A DNA stretch of 64,000 nt. Source: Candidatus Saccharimonadales bacterium. Its GTDB lineage: Bacteria; Patescibacteriota; Saccharimonadia; Saccharimonadales; UBA4665. The DNA lies in the NCBI GenBank assembly GCA_044228525.1, contig JBGAUQ010000002.1, positions 168,367 through 232,366 on the forward strand, read 5' to 3'. Under the pieces are notes generated by a model. The model was given only the letters and a program-made list of their open reading frames with translations. It had not been told where the DNA came from and made no database searches. Of the stretch, positions 35,112 to 44,468 are shown piece by piece; position 1 is the stretch's first letter, and the number at the start of each line of letters is the position of its first letter. Both the position numbers and the translations under genes were made by a program.

Positions 35112-35140
35112 TTGACTTTTTGGCGATTAACAGATATAAT
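35112..35140 (+). promoter_or_regulatory. near-consensus sigma70 promoter of the rpmH-rnpA-yidC-jag operon
   Basis: TTGACT (35112-35117), a 17-nt spacer, then TATAAT (35135-35140). It lies 37 nt upstream of the rpmH start. Confidence 0.55.
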
Positions 35141-35176
35141 TTGGTGAAATCATCACAAACTTATAAGGAAAAATAA

Positions 35177-35314
35177 GTGCCTAAACGAACTCATCAGCCT
35201 AAAAAACGATCACGAGCCCGCGAACACGGCTTCTTTAAGCGAATGTCTAGCAAGGCTGGCCGCAACGTCTTGAAGCGTCGTCGTATCAGGGGTCGCGCCA
35301 AACTTTCAGCCTAA
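35177..35314 (+). CDS. rpmH: 50S ribosomal protein L34 (missing from the ORF track because it is under 60 aa)
   Basis: A GTG start gives [45 protein letters not shown], the conserved L34 pattern. It sits immediately upstream of rnpA, as in most bacteria. Confidence 0.9.
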   Translation: MPKRTHQPKKRSRAREHGFFKRMSSKAGRNVLKRRRIRGRAKLSA

Positions 35315-35326
35315 GAGAGACCAAGC

Positions 35327-35665
35327 ATGTTTACAAAAAGCCACCGCTTCCACGGCTATGGCAGCCTCAAAGGCGTCTACCAACGCGGTCAAAGTGTCCG
35401 CGGCGGCATGATTAGCCTCAAGTATGTGAAGCGAGATCCAAATAAGCCATATCGCGTGGCGGTTGTCGTTAGTAAAAAGGTTAATAAGTCTGCCGTAAAA
35501 CGCAATCGGATCAGACGACGAGTTTACGAACAGGTTCGCCAGACGGGTCAAACGATCGAACCGGGCACAGACCTGGTTTTTACTGTATTCAGCGATCAGC
35601 TGGCCGAGATCGAAGCGCCAAAATTACAAAAATCGATCGACGAATTACTCCAAAAAGCCAAATAA
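35327..35665 (+). CDS. rnpA: ribonuclease P protein component
   Basis: A 112-aa basic protein. The call rests on the rpmH-rnpA-yidC synteny and on 'VVSKKVNKSAVKRNRIRRRVYE'. Confidence 0.85.
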   Translation: MFTKSHRFHGYGSLKGVYQRGQSVRGGMISLKYVKRDPNKPYRVAVVVSKKVNKSAVKRNRIRRRVYEQVRQTGQTIEPGTDLVFTVFSDQLAEIEAPKLQKSIDELLQKAK

Positions 35666-35721
35666 TCCAACAATTCGCCGACCAAAACACCGGTCGGACA
35701 TGGTATAGTAGGAGTTAAATT

Positions 35722-36654
35722 ATGTTTACGACTCTGATTGTTCAGCCACTTTTTAATTTGTTGACGTTGATCTACGCTATCTTGCCGGGTCACAACTTCG
35801 GCATCGCCTTGATCGTCTTCACGATTATCATCCGTCTGCTGATGTGGCCGCTGGTTAAGAAGCAGCTACACCAGGCTAAAGGCATGCGTAAGCTCCAGCC
35901 AGAGATCAAAAAGATCAAGCAGGCCACCAAAGGCAACCGACAAAAAGAATCTCAGATGCTTATGGAGCTCTATAAAGAGAGAGGCATCAACCCCTTTGCG
36001 ACCTTCCCAATTCTGATTATTCAACTGATTGTATTATTTGGTCTATATAGTGGTCTAACAAAAATTATCAAGGACCCACACACTCTTGTAACTTTCTCCT
36101 ATCCGTTTGTACAAAACCTGAGCTGGATGCAGGAGCTGGCTGGCAATATTCATCTGTTCGACAACACGCTTTTTGGGGTTGTTGACCTTGGTAAAGCTGC
36201 CTGGAGCCAAGCAGGTATTTATTGGCCAGCTATGTTTATTGTCCTTGGTAGCGCTGTAGCGCAATACTTCCAGGCCAAGCAGCTCATGCCACAAGAAAAA
36301 GACCAACGCTCACTGCGAGCCATCCTAAAAGAAGCTGGCACTGGCAAACAAGCCGATCAGTCTGAAATCAACGCCGCTGTAGCCAGTAGCACCCGATTCT
36401 TGATCCCGATCATGATATTTGTCTTCACGGTTGGCATCCCGTCGGCGCTCGGTCTGTACTGGCTGGTGAGCGGTCTGGTGGCCTTCATTCAGCAAAGCAT
36501 AGTCCTAAATCGTGACGAAGAAGAAATGGAAGCCATCGCTGACGGCCCTTCTAAAAACGTCAAAGAAATCCCCGAAGCCGAAATCGTTGAAACCAAACCA
36601 AAAACCAAAAAGAAACCCTCCAAGTCAAAGTCTTCTAAAAAACGGAGGAAATAA
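35722..36654 (+). CDS. yidC: membrane protein insertase YidC (short Gram-positive type)
   Basis: 'IALIVFTIIIRLLMWPLVKKQLHQAKGMRKLQPEIKKIKQ' and 'GINPFA..PILIQLIVLFGLY', with a lysine-rich C-terminal tail. Confidence 0.9.
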   Translation: MFTTLIVQPLFNLLTLIYAILPGHNFGIALIVFTIIIRLLMWPLVKKQLHQAKGMRKLQPEIKKIKQATKGNRQKESQMLMELYKERGINPFATFPILIIQLIVLFGLYSGLTKIIKDPHTLVTFSYPFVQNLSWMQELAGNIHLFDNTLFGVVDLGKAAWSQAGIYWPAMFIVLGSAVAQYFQAKQLMPQEKDQRSLRAILKEAGTGKQADQSEINAAVASSTRFLIPIMIFVFTVGIPSALGLYWLVSGLVAFIQQSIVLNRDEEEMEAIADGPSKNVKEIPEAEIVETKPKTKKKPSKSKSSKKRRK

Positions 36655-37121
36655 TGAACGATTCGATGGAAGAAGCAATTCTGTACGCCAAGAAGTACAT
36701 AGAGGATCTATTGTCATTTTTTGGGCTCAACACTGATGTCTACGCGACCAGCGATGATGAGGTAATTCAGCTGAATGTACCTAGCACGCACCTCAACGGT
36801 TTCTTGATCGGCCAGCGCGGCGACAATATGCGATCACTGCAGTACTTGACTAGCACTGCACTTAAGAATAACGGCTACGCTCACAACCGCGTTAATGTCG
36901 ACATTGCCGAATACAAGAAACAACGGGCTGACCGCCTGCGTGAACGAGCCGAGGAATGGGTTAAACAAGTTCGTGATTCCGGTGAGCCAATGGACCTAGA
37001 CCCAATGAATGCCGCCGATCGTCGTGTCGTTCACCAGCTGGCGGCCGAATATAGCTTGACTAGCGAATCGACCGGCGAGGGTCGTGACCGCCATATCGTG
37101 CTCAAAAAAGCCTCAGAGTAG
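36654..37121 (+). CDS. jag: Jag/KhpB-type RNA-binding protein (KH + R3H)
   Basis: C-terminal R3H 'MNAADRRVVHQLAAEYSLTSESTGEGRDRHIVLK'. It follows yidC as usual. Confidence 0.8.
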   Translation: MNDSMEEAILYAKKYIEDLLSFFGLNTDVYATSDDEVIQLNVPSTHLNGFLIGQRGDNMRSLQYLTSTALKNNGYAHNRVNVDIAEYKKQRADRLRERAEEWVKQVRDSGEPMDLDPMNAADRRVVHQLAAEYSLTSESTGEGRDRHIVLKKASE

Positions 37122-38204
37122 GGCTTTTTTATATACCTCGAGCGTTTGCTCGGCTGTCTTTTGCCATGAATATTTAGCGGCCTGCGCTTTGCCCTTAGCG
37201 ACTAAGTCGTTACGCAGCCCTTTATCTGTTAAAACTTCATTGATGGCATCGGCCATGGCGCGCGTATCAAGTGGGTCAAAGTAGTGCGCAGCCTCGGCAT
37301 AAACTTCGGGCAGACAAGTCGCGTTGCTGCTGACCACCGGCGCGCCGTGCAGCATGGCTTCGAGACCCGGTAGGCCGAAACCTTCGCTAAGGCTGGGAAA
37401 GACGTAGGCCGCGCAATTTTCGTACAGCCAGCGCAGGCGGCCCTCACTGACAAAATCCGTAAAGACCACGCCCTTGATGGCTTGTCGTCTGACATCGGCC
37501 TCGATTCGTTCGTAGTTGGCGTCTTTTTTGCCGGCTAAAACCAACATCAGTTCGGGGTGCTGAGCTCGGAGGGTCGCGTAAGCCTTGATCAATCGCTCCA
37601 GGTTCTTGTGTGGCGTCGGTCGGCCAATATACATAATGAACTGCTTGCCTTCCAGGGCGTGTAAGGCTTCGGCTGGCTCGGCGATTTGATCGGCAGCTAA
37701 TGGAATTGCAGTAATTTTATCTGGACTAACTCCGGTGTAGCTTGCCACATCTTCTTTAACAAACTGGCTGTAAGTAATTATTTGAGAAGATTTTTTGGCG
37801 GCAACTCGGTTGACCCAACTATAGACAAGCTGCTTGAACTTATAAATCAGGCTATTTTTAGAAGGGTTATCAAATCGTAGTGTCGTTAGGTCATTCATGG
37901 TGGTGACTGTTTTGCCTCTGTAACGGACAGGCTGTTGTACCATTCCAAAATGAACCAAGTCAGCCTTCAGCCCAGTCAACTGCTTCTTAAAGCCCAGCTG
38001 CTCGGAGAAAGTAAATTCTTTATAAGGGCAGGCTAATTTGTGGAAATTCGAGGCTTCAGGCTGGTATTTTTCAAAGTCGCGAGGTTTTACCAAAACTGTG
38101 TAGTCGTTCTCGGAGTTGATCTTTTCTAAATGGCGAACCAGTCCACTGATGTACCGGCCGGTGCTGGTGCTCCATTCGCGGGCATCAATAACGATCTTAC
38201 TCAT
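37113..38204 (-). CDS. glycosyltransferase family 4
   Basis: 'VFPSLSEGFGLPGLEAMLHGAPVVSSNATCLPEV' is the GT4 EX7E region. Confidence 0.8.
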   Translation of the reverse strand: MSKIVIDAREWSTSTGRYISGLVRHLEKINSENDYTVLVKPRDFEKYQPEASNFHKLACPYKEFTFSEQLGFKKQLTGLKADLVHFGMVQQPVRYRGKTVTTMNDLTTLRFDNPSKNSLIYKFKQLVYSWVNRVAAKKSSQIITYSQFVKEDVASYTGVSPDKITAIPLAADQIAEPAEALHALEGKQFIMYIGRPTPHKNLERLIKAYATLRAQHPELMLVLAGKKDANYERIEADVRRQAIKGVVFTDFVSEGRLRWLYENCAAYVFPSLSEGFGLPGLEAMLHGAPVVSSNATCLPEVYAEAAHYFDPLDTRAMADAINEVLTDKGLRNDLVAKGKAQAAKYSWQKTAEQTLEVYKKALL

Positions 38205-38300
38205 GTATATATACTAAACACTGTTTATAAATAAAACTACGAAATCCGGCCATTTACAGGTATAATTTCTAGTATTCATCATCGAAAGCGGAGGACTTAA

Positions 38301-39296
38301 GTGGCGAAAACAGCACTGATTACAGGCATTACCGGACAAGACGGCTACCATCTCGCCGAATTACTGAACGAAAAGGACTACAAAATCTATGGCATTATCC
38401 GCGGCCAGCACAATCCTAAGCGCCTGCGTATCGAGCAAGAGCAGCCATACATCCATCTAATTGAAGGCGATCTAACTGATCCCTCGTCGATTGTTCACGC
38501 GATTGAAGTATCAAAGCCCGATGAAGTCTATAACCTCGGCGCTATTAGTCACGTTGGCTACTCATTTAAAGCTCCTCAATTGGTAGCGGATGTTACCGGC
38601 AAAGGTGTTTTAAACGTCCTTGAAGCTATCCGACAAACCGGTGGCACCAAATCAATTCGTTTTTACCAAGCCTCAACTTCAGAGATGTTTGGCGGTCTAG
38701 ATTACAATCGACCTGGCAGGGGCTATGACGAAGAGGCCTTGTTTCATCCGCGTAGCCCATACGGCGTCGCTAAGCTATACGGTCATTGGATCACCAAAAA
38801 CTACCGTGAAAGCTACGGTATGCACGCTACTTCAGGAATTCTGTTTAATCACGAAGGTCCGCGCCGTGGCGTCGAATTCGTCACCCGCAAAATCAGTAAC
38901 GCTGTCGCCCGCATTCACCTAGGTAAGCAAACCCACATCGAGCTGGGTAACCTGGACGCTAAGCGTGACTGGGGCTACGCCGGTGACTACGTTGAGGGAA
39001 TGTGGCGTATGCTGCAGCAAGACAAGCCTGACGACTACGTCTTGGCCACTGGCGAAACGCATTCAATCGAAGAATATCTTGAGCTGGCATTTAAAGAAAT
39101 CGGTATCAACGACTGGCGCCCATACGTCAAGCAAAATCCCGAGTTTATGCGCCCTGCCGAGGTCGACATTTTGCTCGGCAACCCAACTAAGGCAGAACAA
39201 GTCTTAGGCTGGAAGCGCCAAGTCGACTTCCCTGGTCTTGTAAAAATGATGGTCGAATACGACCTCGGTCACGAATCAGCCACAACCCTAGAATAA
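38301..39296 (+). CDS. gmd: GDP-mannose 4,6-dehydratase
   Basis: 'ALITGITGQDGYHLAELL', 'FYQASTSEMFG', 'SPYGVAKLYGHW' and 'GILFNHEGPRRG'. Confidence 0.9.
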   Translation: MAKTALITGITGQDGYHLAELLNEKDYKIYGIIRGQHNPKRLRIEQEQPYIHLIEGDLTDPSSIVHAIEVSKPDEVYNLGAISHVGYSFKAPQLVADVTGKGVLNVLEAIRQTGGTKSIRFYQASTSEMFGGLDYNRPGRGYDEEALFHPRSPYGVAKLYGHWITKNYRESYGMHATSGILFNHEGPRRGVEFVTRKISNAVARIHLGKQTHIELGNLDAKRDWGYAGDYVEGMWRMLQQDKPDDYVLATGETHSIEEYLELAFKEIGINDWRPYVKQNPEFMRPAEVDILLGNPTKAEQVLGWKRQVDFPGLVKMMVEYDLGHESATTLE

Positions 39297-40226
39297 TTAG
39301 CTTCGGCCACGCCAGTCAGCAATAACGTCTGACAAAGTAGTTTCAAGTGGAATTTCAGGCTGCCAGCCCGTGTCGGCGCTGAGCTTATCGTGGCTACCAT
39401 ACACTAGTGGGTTATCTGACGGTCGCATCTTGGCCGGATCTTGCTTAACTTCGGGCTTAACTTCAGTAGAAGCTAATAAACCTTCAAGAATCTCGTGCCC
39501 GCTGCGAGGCGTACCGGAACAGACATTATAAGTTTCGCCTGACTTGCCCTTTTCGAGTAGCAAACGATAGGCCCGCACGATGTCTCTGACATCAGTGTAA
39601 TCACGTTTAGCGTCCAAATTACCGGCCATTAATTCACTAGCTTTGCCTTTTTCGATCTCAATAATCTGCTGAGCTAGATCAGGCACAATAAAGCCTGGAC
39701 CTTGCCCCGGCCCGATGTGGTTGAAGGGGCGGGCAATTATCGACTCAAGTCCCCGGTTTTGGTAATACAGCGCCATCTGCTCCTGTCCGATCTTGCTTAC
39801 GGCGTAGGGGTTACTAGGGTTTACGGGCGAACTTTCGACTAGGGGTAACTCGGCGTTAATGTCGTAGAGGTTGCTACTACTAATAACCAAAAATCTCGGT
39901 TTTTCGCCTTGTGACAATGCAGCTTCAAACAAATTAACTTCAATGCCAACATTAGTAGTCATATATTGCAAGGGTTTATCAAACGAAGGACCGACGGAGG
40001 CTAGGCCGGCTAGGTGTATAACTCCGTCAATATCTTTAAATATAATTTTATGAGCATCGGCAGGTTTGGTAAGATCAAGCTCCATATACTTAGCTAAAAA
40101 CGGGGACTGCGTTCGTGTGCCCAAAGCACCTCCAACTCCTATAACTGTAGAGCCGCTATCCGCCAACTCTTTAGCTAGATGCTGTCCAACAAAACCATTA
40201 ACACCGGTAATCAAAATTTTAGACAT
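39297..40226 (-). CDS. rmd: GDP-4-dehydro-6-deoxy-D-mannose reductase (Rmd-like SDR)
   Basis: 'ILITGVNGFVGQHL', 'NPYAVSKIGQE', 'ARPFNHIGPGQ', 'YNVCSG', 'KQDPAKMRPSD' and 'TGWQPEI'. Each segment parallels the Pseudomonas Rmd sequence as I recall it. Confidence 0.7.
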   Translation of the reverse strand: MSKILITGVNGFVGQHLAKELADSGSTVIGVGGALGTRTQSPFLAKYMELDLTKPADAHKIIFKDIDGVIHLAGLASVGPSFDKPLQYMTTNVGIEVNLFEAALSQGEKPRFLVISSSNLYDINAELPLVESSPVNPSNPYAVSKIGQEQMALYYQNRGLESIIARPFNHIGPGQGPGFIVPDLAQQIIEIEKGKASELMAGNLDAKRDYTDVRDIVRAYRLLLEKGKSGETYNVCSGTPRSGHEILEGLLASTEVKPEVKQDPAKMRPSDNPLVYGSHDKLSADTGWQPEIPLETTLSDVIADWRGRS

Positions 40227-40267
40227 ATAAATAGCCTACATTAGCTAAACGCCATTGCCAAACAACG

Positions 40268-40296
40268 TTGCTTCAGAGGTAGCTAAACTGTAAAAT
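40268..40296 (+). promoter_or_regulatory. candidate promoter upstream of wzm
   Basis: TTGCTT, a 17-nt spacer, then TAAAAT. The -10 box ends only 8 nt before the ATG, so either the mRNA is leaderless or the match is fortuitous. Confidence 0.3.
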
Positions 40297-40304
40297 GAGG
40301 TGTA

Positions 40305-41111
40305 ATGCACAAGCTGACAAAGCGTTATCGCTACTCATTTATTTTGCTCAAACAGCTTGTTAAAACCGACTTTAAATTACGCTATCAAGGATCAGTTCTC
40401 GGCTATACCTGGTCGCTACTAAGACCACTATTTCTCTTCGGAATTTTGTATGTAATATTTGCTCGATTTCTGAAGTTTGGTGAAGGAATGCCGCATTATC
40501 CTCTTTATTTACTTCTTGGTATAGTGCTGTGGAATTATTTTGCTGAAGTAACTACTGGAAGCGTGAGCGCCATAGTTGGCAAAGGTGAGGTCTTACGCAA
40601 AATTAACTTTCCGAAGTATGTGATAATTTTAGCCGGATCATTTGCAGCGTTTATCAACCTACTACTCAATTTTGTCGTAATTGGTGTCTTTATGGCGTTG
40701 AGTGGAGTCACTATTTCATGGAACGCGTTACTAATAATTCCACTTGTGGCGGAATTGTTTGTGATTTCAATTGCGCTAGCCTTTTTCCTCAGTGCTCTCT
40801 TCGTGAAATTCCGAGACGTCTCGTACATTTGGGAAGTTATCATGCAGGCAGCGTTTTATGCCACGCCAATACTTTATCTTTTGAGTATGATTCCAGATAA
40901 AGCAGCAAAAATTCTTTTGCTGAGTCCCGTCGCTCAAATTATGCAAGATTCTCGCTATGTTCTTGTTACCAATAAGACCGAGACTATTTACCAGCTCTAT
41001 GATGGAAACATTAAAGTCTGGGCAATACCAATTGGCTTCACGATTATATTAGCTATATTTTCCAGTATTTATTTCAGGAAGCGATCTCGCTTCTTCGCGG
41101 AGGAAGTGTAA
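40305..41111 (+). CDS. wzm: ABC-2 type polysaccharide export permease
   Basis: 'LLKQLVKTDFKLRYQGSVLGYTWSLLRPLF' and six hydrophobic spans. Confidence 0.85.
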   Translation: MHKLTKRYRYSFILLKQLVKTDFKLRYQGSVLGYTWSLLRPLFLFGILYVIFARFLKFGEGMPHYPLYLLLGIVLWNYFAEVTTGSVSAIVGKGEVLRKINFPKYVIILAGSFAAFINLLLNFVVIGVFMALSGVTISWNALLIIPLVAELFVISIALAFFLSALFVKFRDVSYIWEVIMQAAFYATPILYLLSMIPDKAAKILLLSPVAQIMQDSRYVLVTNKTETIYQLYDGNIKVWAIPIGFTIILAIFSSIYFRKRSRFFAEEV

Positions 41112-41112
41112 T

Positions 41113-42300
41113 ATGTCGTCTGAAGAAATCGCCATCAAGGTTGATAATGTTTCAAAAAACTTTATATTGCCACACGAAAAAGTAAATTCCGTCAAAGGCC
41201 TGTTTACAAGCGCGACAAAACGTAAGGCAAAAAAATCCAGCGAAATCCAACATGCCCTCAAGGACATTTCATTTGAAGTAAAAAAAGGCGAGTTCTTTGG
41301 GATTGTAGGGCGGAATGGAAGCGGCAAAAGCACACTCCTTAAAATATTGGCGGGGATTTATCAGGCAACTTCAGGGGAAGTTCACACTCGCGGCAAACTT
41401 GTACCGTTCATCGAACTTGGAGTGGGCTTCAATCCTGAACTTACAGGTCGGGAAAATGTCTATTTGAACGGCGCATTACTTGGTTTTTCTGAGAAGGAGA
41501 TTGACGTGATGTACGATGACATTGTTTCGTTTGCTGAGCTTGAAAGATTTATGGATCAAAAGCTAAAAAACTACTCTTCAGGCATGCAAGTGCGGCTTGC
41601 TTTTTCGATGGCTACGCGTTCGGATGCTGATATATTGCTGATTGATGAAGTACTGGCGGTCGGAGACGCAGATTTTCAGCGCAAGTGCTTCGAGTATTTC
41701 AAAAAACTTAAAAAAGAGCATATCACGGTTGTTTTTGTAACACATGATATGGGAGCAGTTCGCGAATTTTGCGACAGAGCAATGCTTATTGATAACAATG
41801 TCCTTGTAGAAATTGATGATCCTGAAATTATTGCGAGGGATTATGCAAAACTTTTTGTGCACGATGATCCTTCCAAGAAGGATGCTTCTGATGGAAAAAG
41901 GTGGGGTAATAAAAAAGCCGTATACAGCAATGTTAAAGCTGAGTTTGTTGATGACAAGAAGAATGTGTTGCTGACAATGAAGGTAGAAGTAAACGAAGAT
42001 ATACCGGATCCTACACACGGTTTTATGCTCTCAAATGAAGCAAGGCAGCCAATGCTCGGAAGCAATACCAAGATTGAGCAAGTAAAAGCCAAGCCGCTTA
42101 AAGCAGGACAGGATCAAGAAATAAGCTGGAAATTTCCAAATATTTTTAACGAAGGAACAGTCTACGTTGAACTTGTTTTAATGTACAACTCAATCACTGA
42201 AGTTGCTGATTGGTGGGAAAACGCAGCAATTTTCTCAGTAAATAATGACAAAAGAACGCCCTATATCGTTAATCCGCCAATTGAATTTTCGGGTAAGTAG
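41113..42300 (+). CDS. wzt: polysaccharide-export ABC ATPase with a C-terminal beta-sandwich (Wzt_C-like) domain
   Basis: Walker A 'GIVGRNGSGKSTL', signature 'YSSGMQVRLAF' and Walker B 'ILLIDEVLAVGD'. About 140 extra C-terminal residues follow. Confidence 0.85.
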   Translation: MSSEEIAIKVDNVSKNFILPHEKVNSVKGLFTSATKRKAKKSSEIQHALKDISFEVKKGEFFGIVGRNGSGKSTLLKILAGIYQATSGEVHTRGKLVPFIELGVGFNPELTGRENVYLNGALLGFSEKEIDVMYDDIVSFAELERFMDQKLKNYSSGMQVRLAFSMATRSDADILLIDEVLAVGDADFQRKCFEYFKKLKKEHITVVFVTHDMGAVREFCDRAMLIDNNVLVEIDDPEIIARDYAKLFVHDDPSKKDASDGKRWGNKKAVYSNVKAEFVDDKKNVLLTMKVEVNEDIPDPTHGFMLSNEARQPMLGSNTKIEQVKAKPLKAGQDQEISWKFPNIFNEGTVYVELVLMYNSITEVADWWENAAIFSVNNDKRTPYIVNPPIEFSGK

Positions 42301-42305
42301 GCATA

Positions 42306-43157
42306 ATGAATATTCGCGAAGACAGAATATACTATGCCCAGAACCGAGAAGACCTTATCCTAGAATCATTTTTTGGAGACACAAAAAAAGGCTTTTACGT
42401 TGATGTTGGAGCTTGTCACCCGCATGTTGCCTCGGTGACAAAGCGATTTTACCTAAAAGGCTGGCATGGTATTAACATCGAGCCACAAAAGGAACTATGT
42501 GCGCTTTTTGATGACGAGCGCCCGCGTGATATAAATCTGAATATCGGTGTCTCAGATGAGGAAACAACAATCATGCTGAGGGCATATATCAAAGACCGTG
42601 GTCGTTCGACGACAGCTCAAGAAATAAAAACCGACTATGAAGACGAAAAGGGAGAAACCACCGACGAGTACGAAGATATCCCAACAGCCGCGAAAACCCT
42701 CAAAACAATTTTTACTGATCAAAAGGTTAGCTCGATTCAGTTCCTGAAGGTTGATGTTGAGGGATTTGAATATGAAGTACTGAAAGGCAACGATTGGTCA
42801 AAATTCCGCCCAGAAGTAATTTGTATAGAGGCGGACCACATTGTCAAAGACTGGCGCCCGATGTTGATAAAAAATAACTACGAAAAAGTTTTTTTTGATG
42901 GGCTGAATGAATATTATGCTGACTCTAAAACAAACCGGGCCCAGCAGTTTAATTTAATAAACCATATCTTGCTAGACCTAAAAGGTGGAATATCTGCCGA
43001 TGATTATGATGTAGTCAAAGAACTTCAGGATGAGCTAGATGACACATCAAGTGAGCTTCAGAGCCTTAAAAAGTTGCTTAAAAGAGCCGCTCATCTCGCA
43101 CCTGCGCGCGCGAAAGGAATTCTCATGAAGGCCAAGACAAAAAGCGCAAAGGACTGA
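42306..43157 (+). CDS. FkbM-family methyltransferase
   Basis: 'GFYVDVGACHP' and 'IQFLKVDVEGFEYEVLKG'. Confidence 0.8.
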   Translation: MNIREDRIYYAQNREDLILESFFGDTKKGFYVDVGACHPHVASVTKRFYLKGWHGINIEPQKELCALFDDERPRDINLNIGVSDEETTIMLRAYIKDRGRSTTAQEIKTDYEDEKGETTDEYEDIPTAAKTLKTIFTDQKVSSIQFLKVDVEGFEYEVLKGNDWSKFRPEVICIEADHIVKDWRPMLIKNNYEKVFFDGLNEYYADSKTNRAQQFNLINHILLDLKGGISADDYDVVKELQDELDDTSSELQSLKKLLKRAAHLAPARAKGILMKAKTKSAKD

Positions 43158-43160
43158 GCT

Positions 43161-44459
43161 ATGCAGCAGAAAAATATTCTAATTGTAGCGCCCTATCCAA
43201 TCGCCAACCCGTTGCATGGCGGGCAAAAAAGAGCTGATGCAATCTTCAAGTTTTACAAAACAATAACTGCCGAGGTGAAATTTGTCGGTGTTTTTCATAG
43301 GGGGCAATATCCAGATTGGGGCAAAGACGATATCCTACTAGGCCAACCCGATTTAATAAAAAAAATTGACGAAAACCCCTACGCATCCGAATTGATTAGT
43401 GGAAAAGCAATTGATAATGACATACATGTGCGTAGTCATTTTGCAAAGCTTCTTATGGAATTTCAGCCAGATATTATTCATATCGAACAACCCTATCCAT
43501 ATCTTGGCTTAGAGCCTCTCTTGCTAGAGTTGGGCATGAGTCCTAAGATCGTGCTTGGCTCCCAGAATATCGAATACGTAATGAAGCAAAGAATTTATGA
43601 AGGGCTCGAAATAGCTCCTGAAATTCGTGATCCACTTGTTGCGCAGACAAAGCAGCTAGAAGAAAAATTTTCGAAAAAAGCCGACCTTATAATCGCCGTT
43701 AACGAACAAGATGCTGCAGACCACAAAAAGATGGGAGCCAAGAAGTGCGTAGTTGTGCCTAATGGTATTGATAGCAAAGTCGCTTCTAAGGCAGCTAGCG
43801 GGTACTGGGACAAGATTAAAAAGGAAAAATCTATTAGCAAGATCGTAACTTTTGTTGGTAGTGGTCACCCACCGAATTGGGTTGGATTTCTCGGAATGAT
43901 AGGTGCAGACCTCAGCTTTATTCCGAAAGACTGCAAAATATTTATTGTTGGCGGAGTGGCTGATTATTTTGAAAAGGAATTCGAAGATAAAGAAAAATAT
44001 TCGAGTTTTTGGAGTGGAGCAGAAATAGCTGGAAAAATCGATGATGATAAGCTAGCCGGACTACTTGAGGTTAGTGATGTAGTACTCCTACCAATAAGTA
44101 TTGGCGGTGGCTCTAATCTTAAAACCGCAGAAGCGATTCTATCAGGGAAGAAAATTGTGGCTACCCCATATGCTTTTCATGGTTTTGAAAAATTCAGAAA
44201 CCTTCCAAATATATTTGTGGCTGACAACAAAGACGATTTTAGGGAAGCTCTAACTGAGGCACTTAATGCTGAATATCAGGCTCCCACTGATGCGGAAAAG
44301 AAATTATCCGAAAAAGTACAATGGAAATATTGCCTCGAACCACTACGCATAGTTCTAGGTATTAGAGATACACCGTACGCTAGGCTAACTAAAGCCTTCT
44401 CTCATCGCAAGCACGCGCTAGTGATTTGGACAAAACGTGCCCTATCTAAGCTAAGGTGA
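43161..44459 (+). CDS. glycosyltransferase (GT-B fold, GT4-like)
   Basis: N-terminus 'ILIVAPYPIANPLHGGQKR' and C-terminus 'VVLLPISIGGGSNLKTAEAILSGKKIVAT'. Confidence 0.6.
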   Translation: MQQKNILIVAPYPIANPLHGGQKRADAIFKFYKTITAEVKFVGVFHRGQYPDWGKDDILLGQPDLIKKIDENPYASELISGKAIDNDIHVRSHFAKLLMEFQPDIIHIEQPYPYLGLEPLLLELGMSPKIVLGSQNIEYVMKQRIYEGLEIAPEIRDPLVAQTKQLEEKFSKKADLIIAVNEQDAADHKKMGAKKCVVVPNGIDSKVASKAASGYWDKIKKEKSISKIVTFVGSGHPPNWVGFLGMIGADLSFIPKDCKIFIVGGVADYFEKEFEDKEKYSSFWSGAEIAGKIDDDKLAGLLEVSDVVLLPISIGGGSNLKTAEAILSGKKIVATPYAFHGFEKFRNLPNIFVADNKDDFREALTEALNAEYQAPTDAEKKLSEKVQWKYCLEPLRIVLGIRDTPYARLTKAFSHRKHALVIWTKRALSKLR

Positions 44460-44468
44460 GTGCAGAAT

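Noticed and set aside
34918-35115. 65-aa plus-strand ORF between dnaA and rpmH
   Set aside because: It lies in the DnaA-box and promoter region, and the consensus rpmH promoter starts at its 3' end. It has no RBS and no recognisable protein features.
35666-35721. Hairpin CCGACC-N8-GGTCGG between rnpA and yidC as a terminator
   Set aside because: No T-tract follows, and yidC is normally co-transcribed with rnpA. At most it is a processing or attenuation element, and the evidence is too weak to annotate.
41578-42092. 146-aa and 83-aa minus-strand ORFs
   Set aside because: Both are antisense to the wzt ABC ATPase gene, whose Walker and signature motifs are clear.
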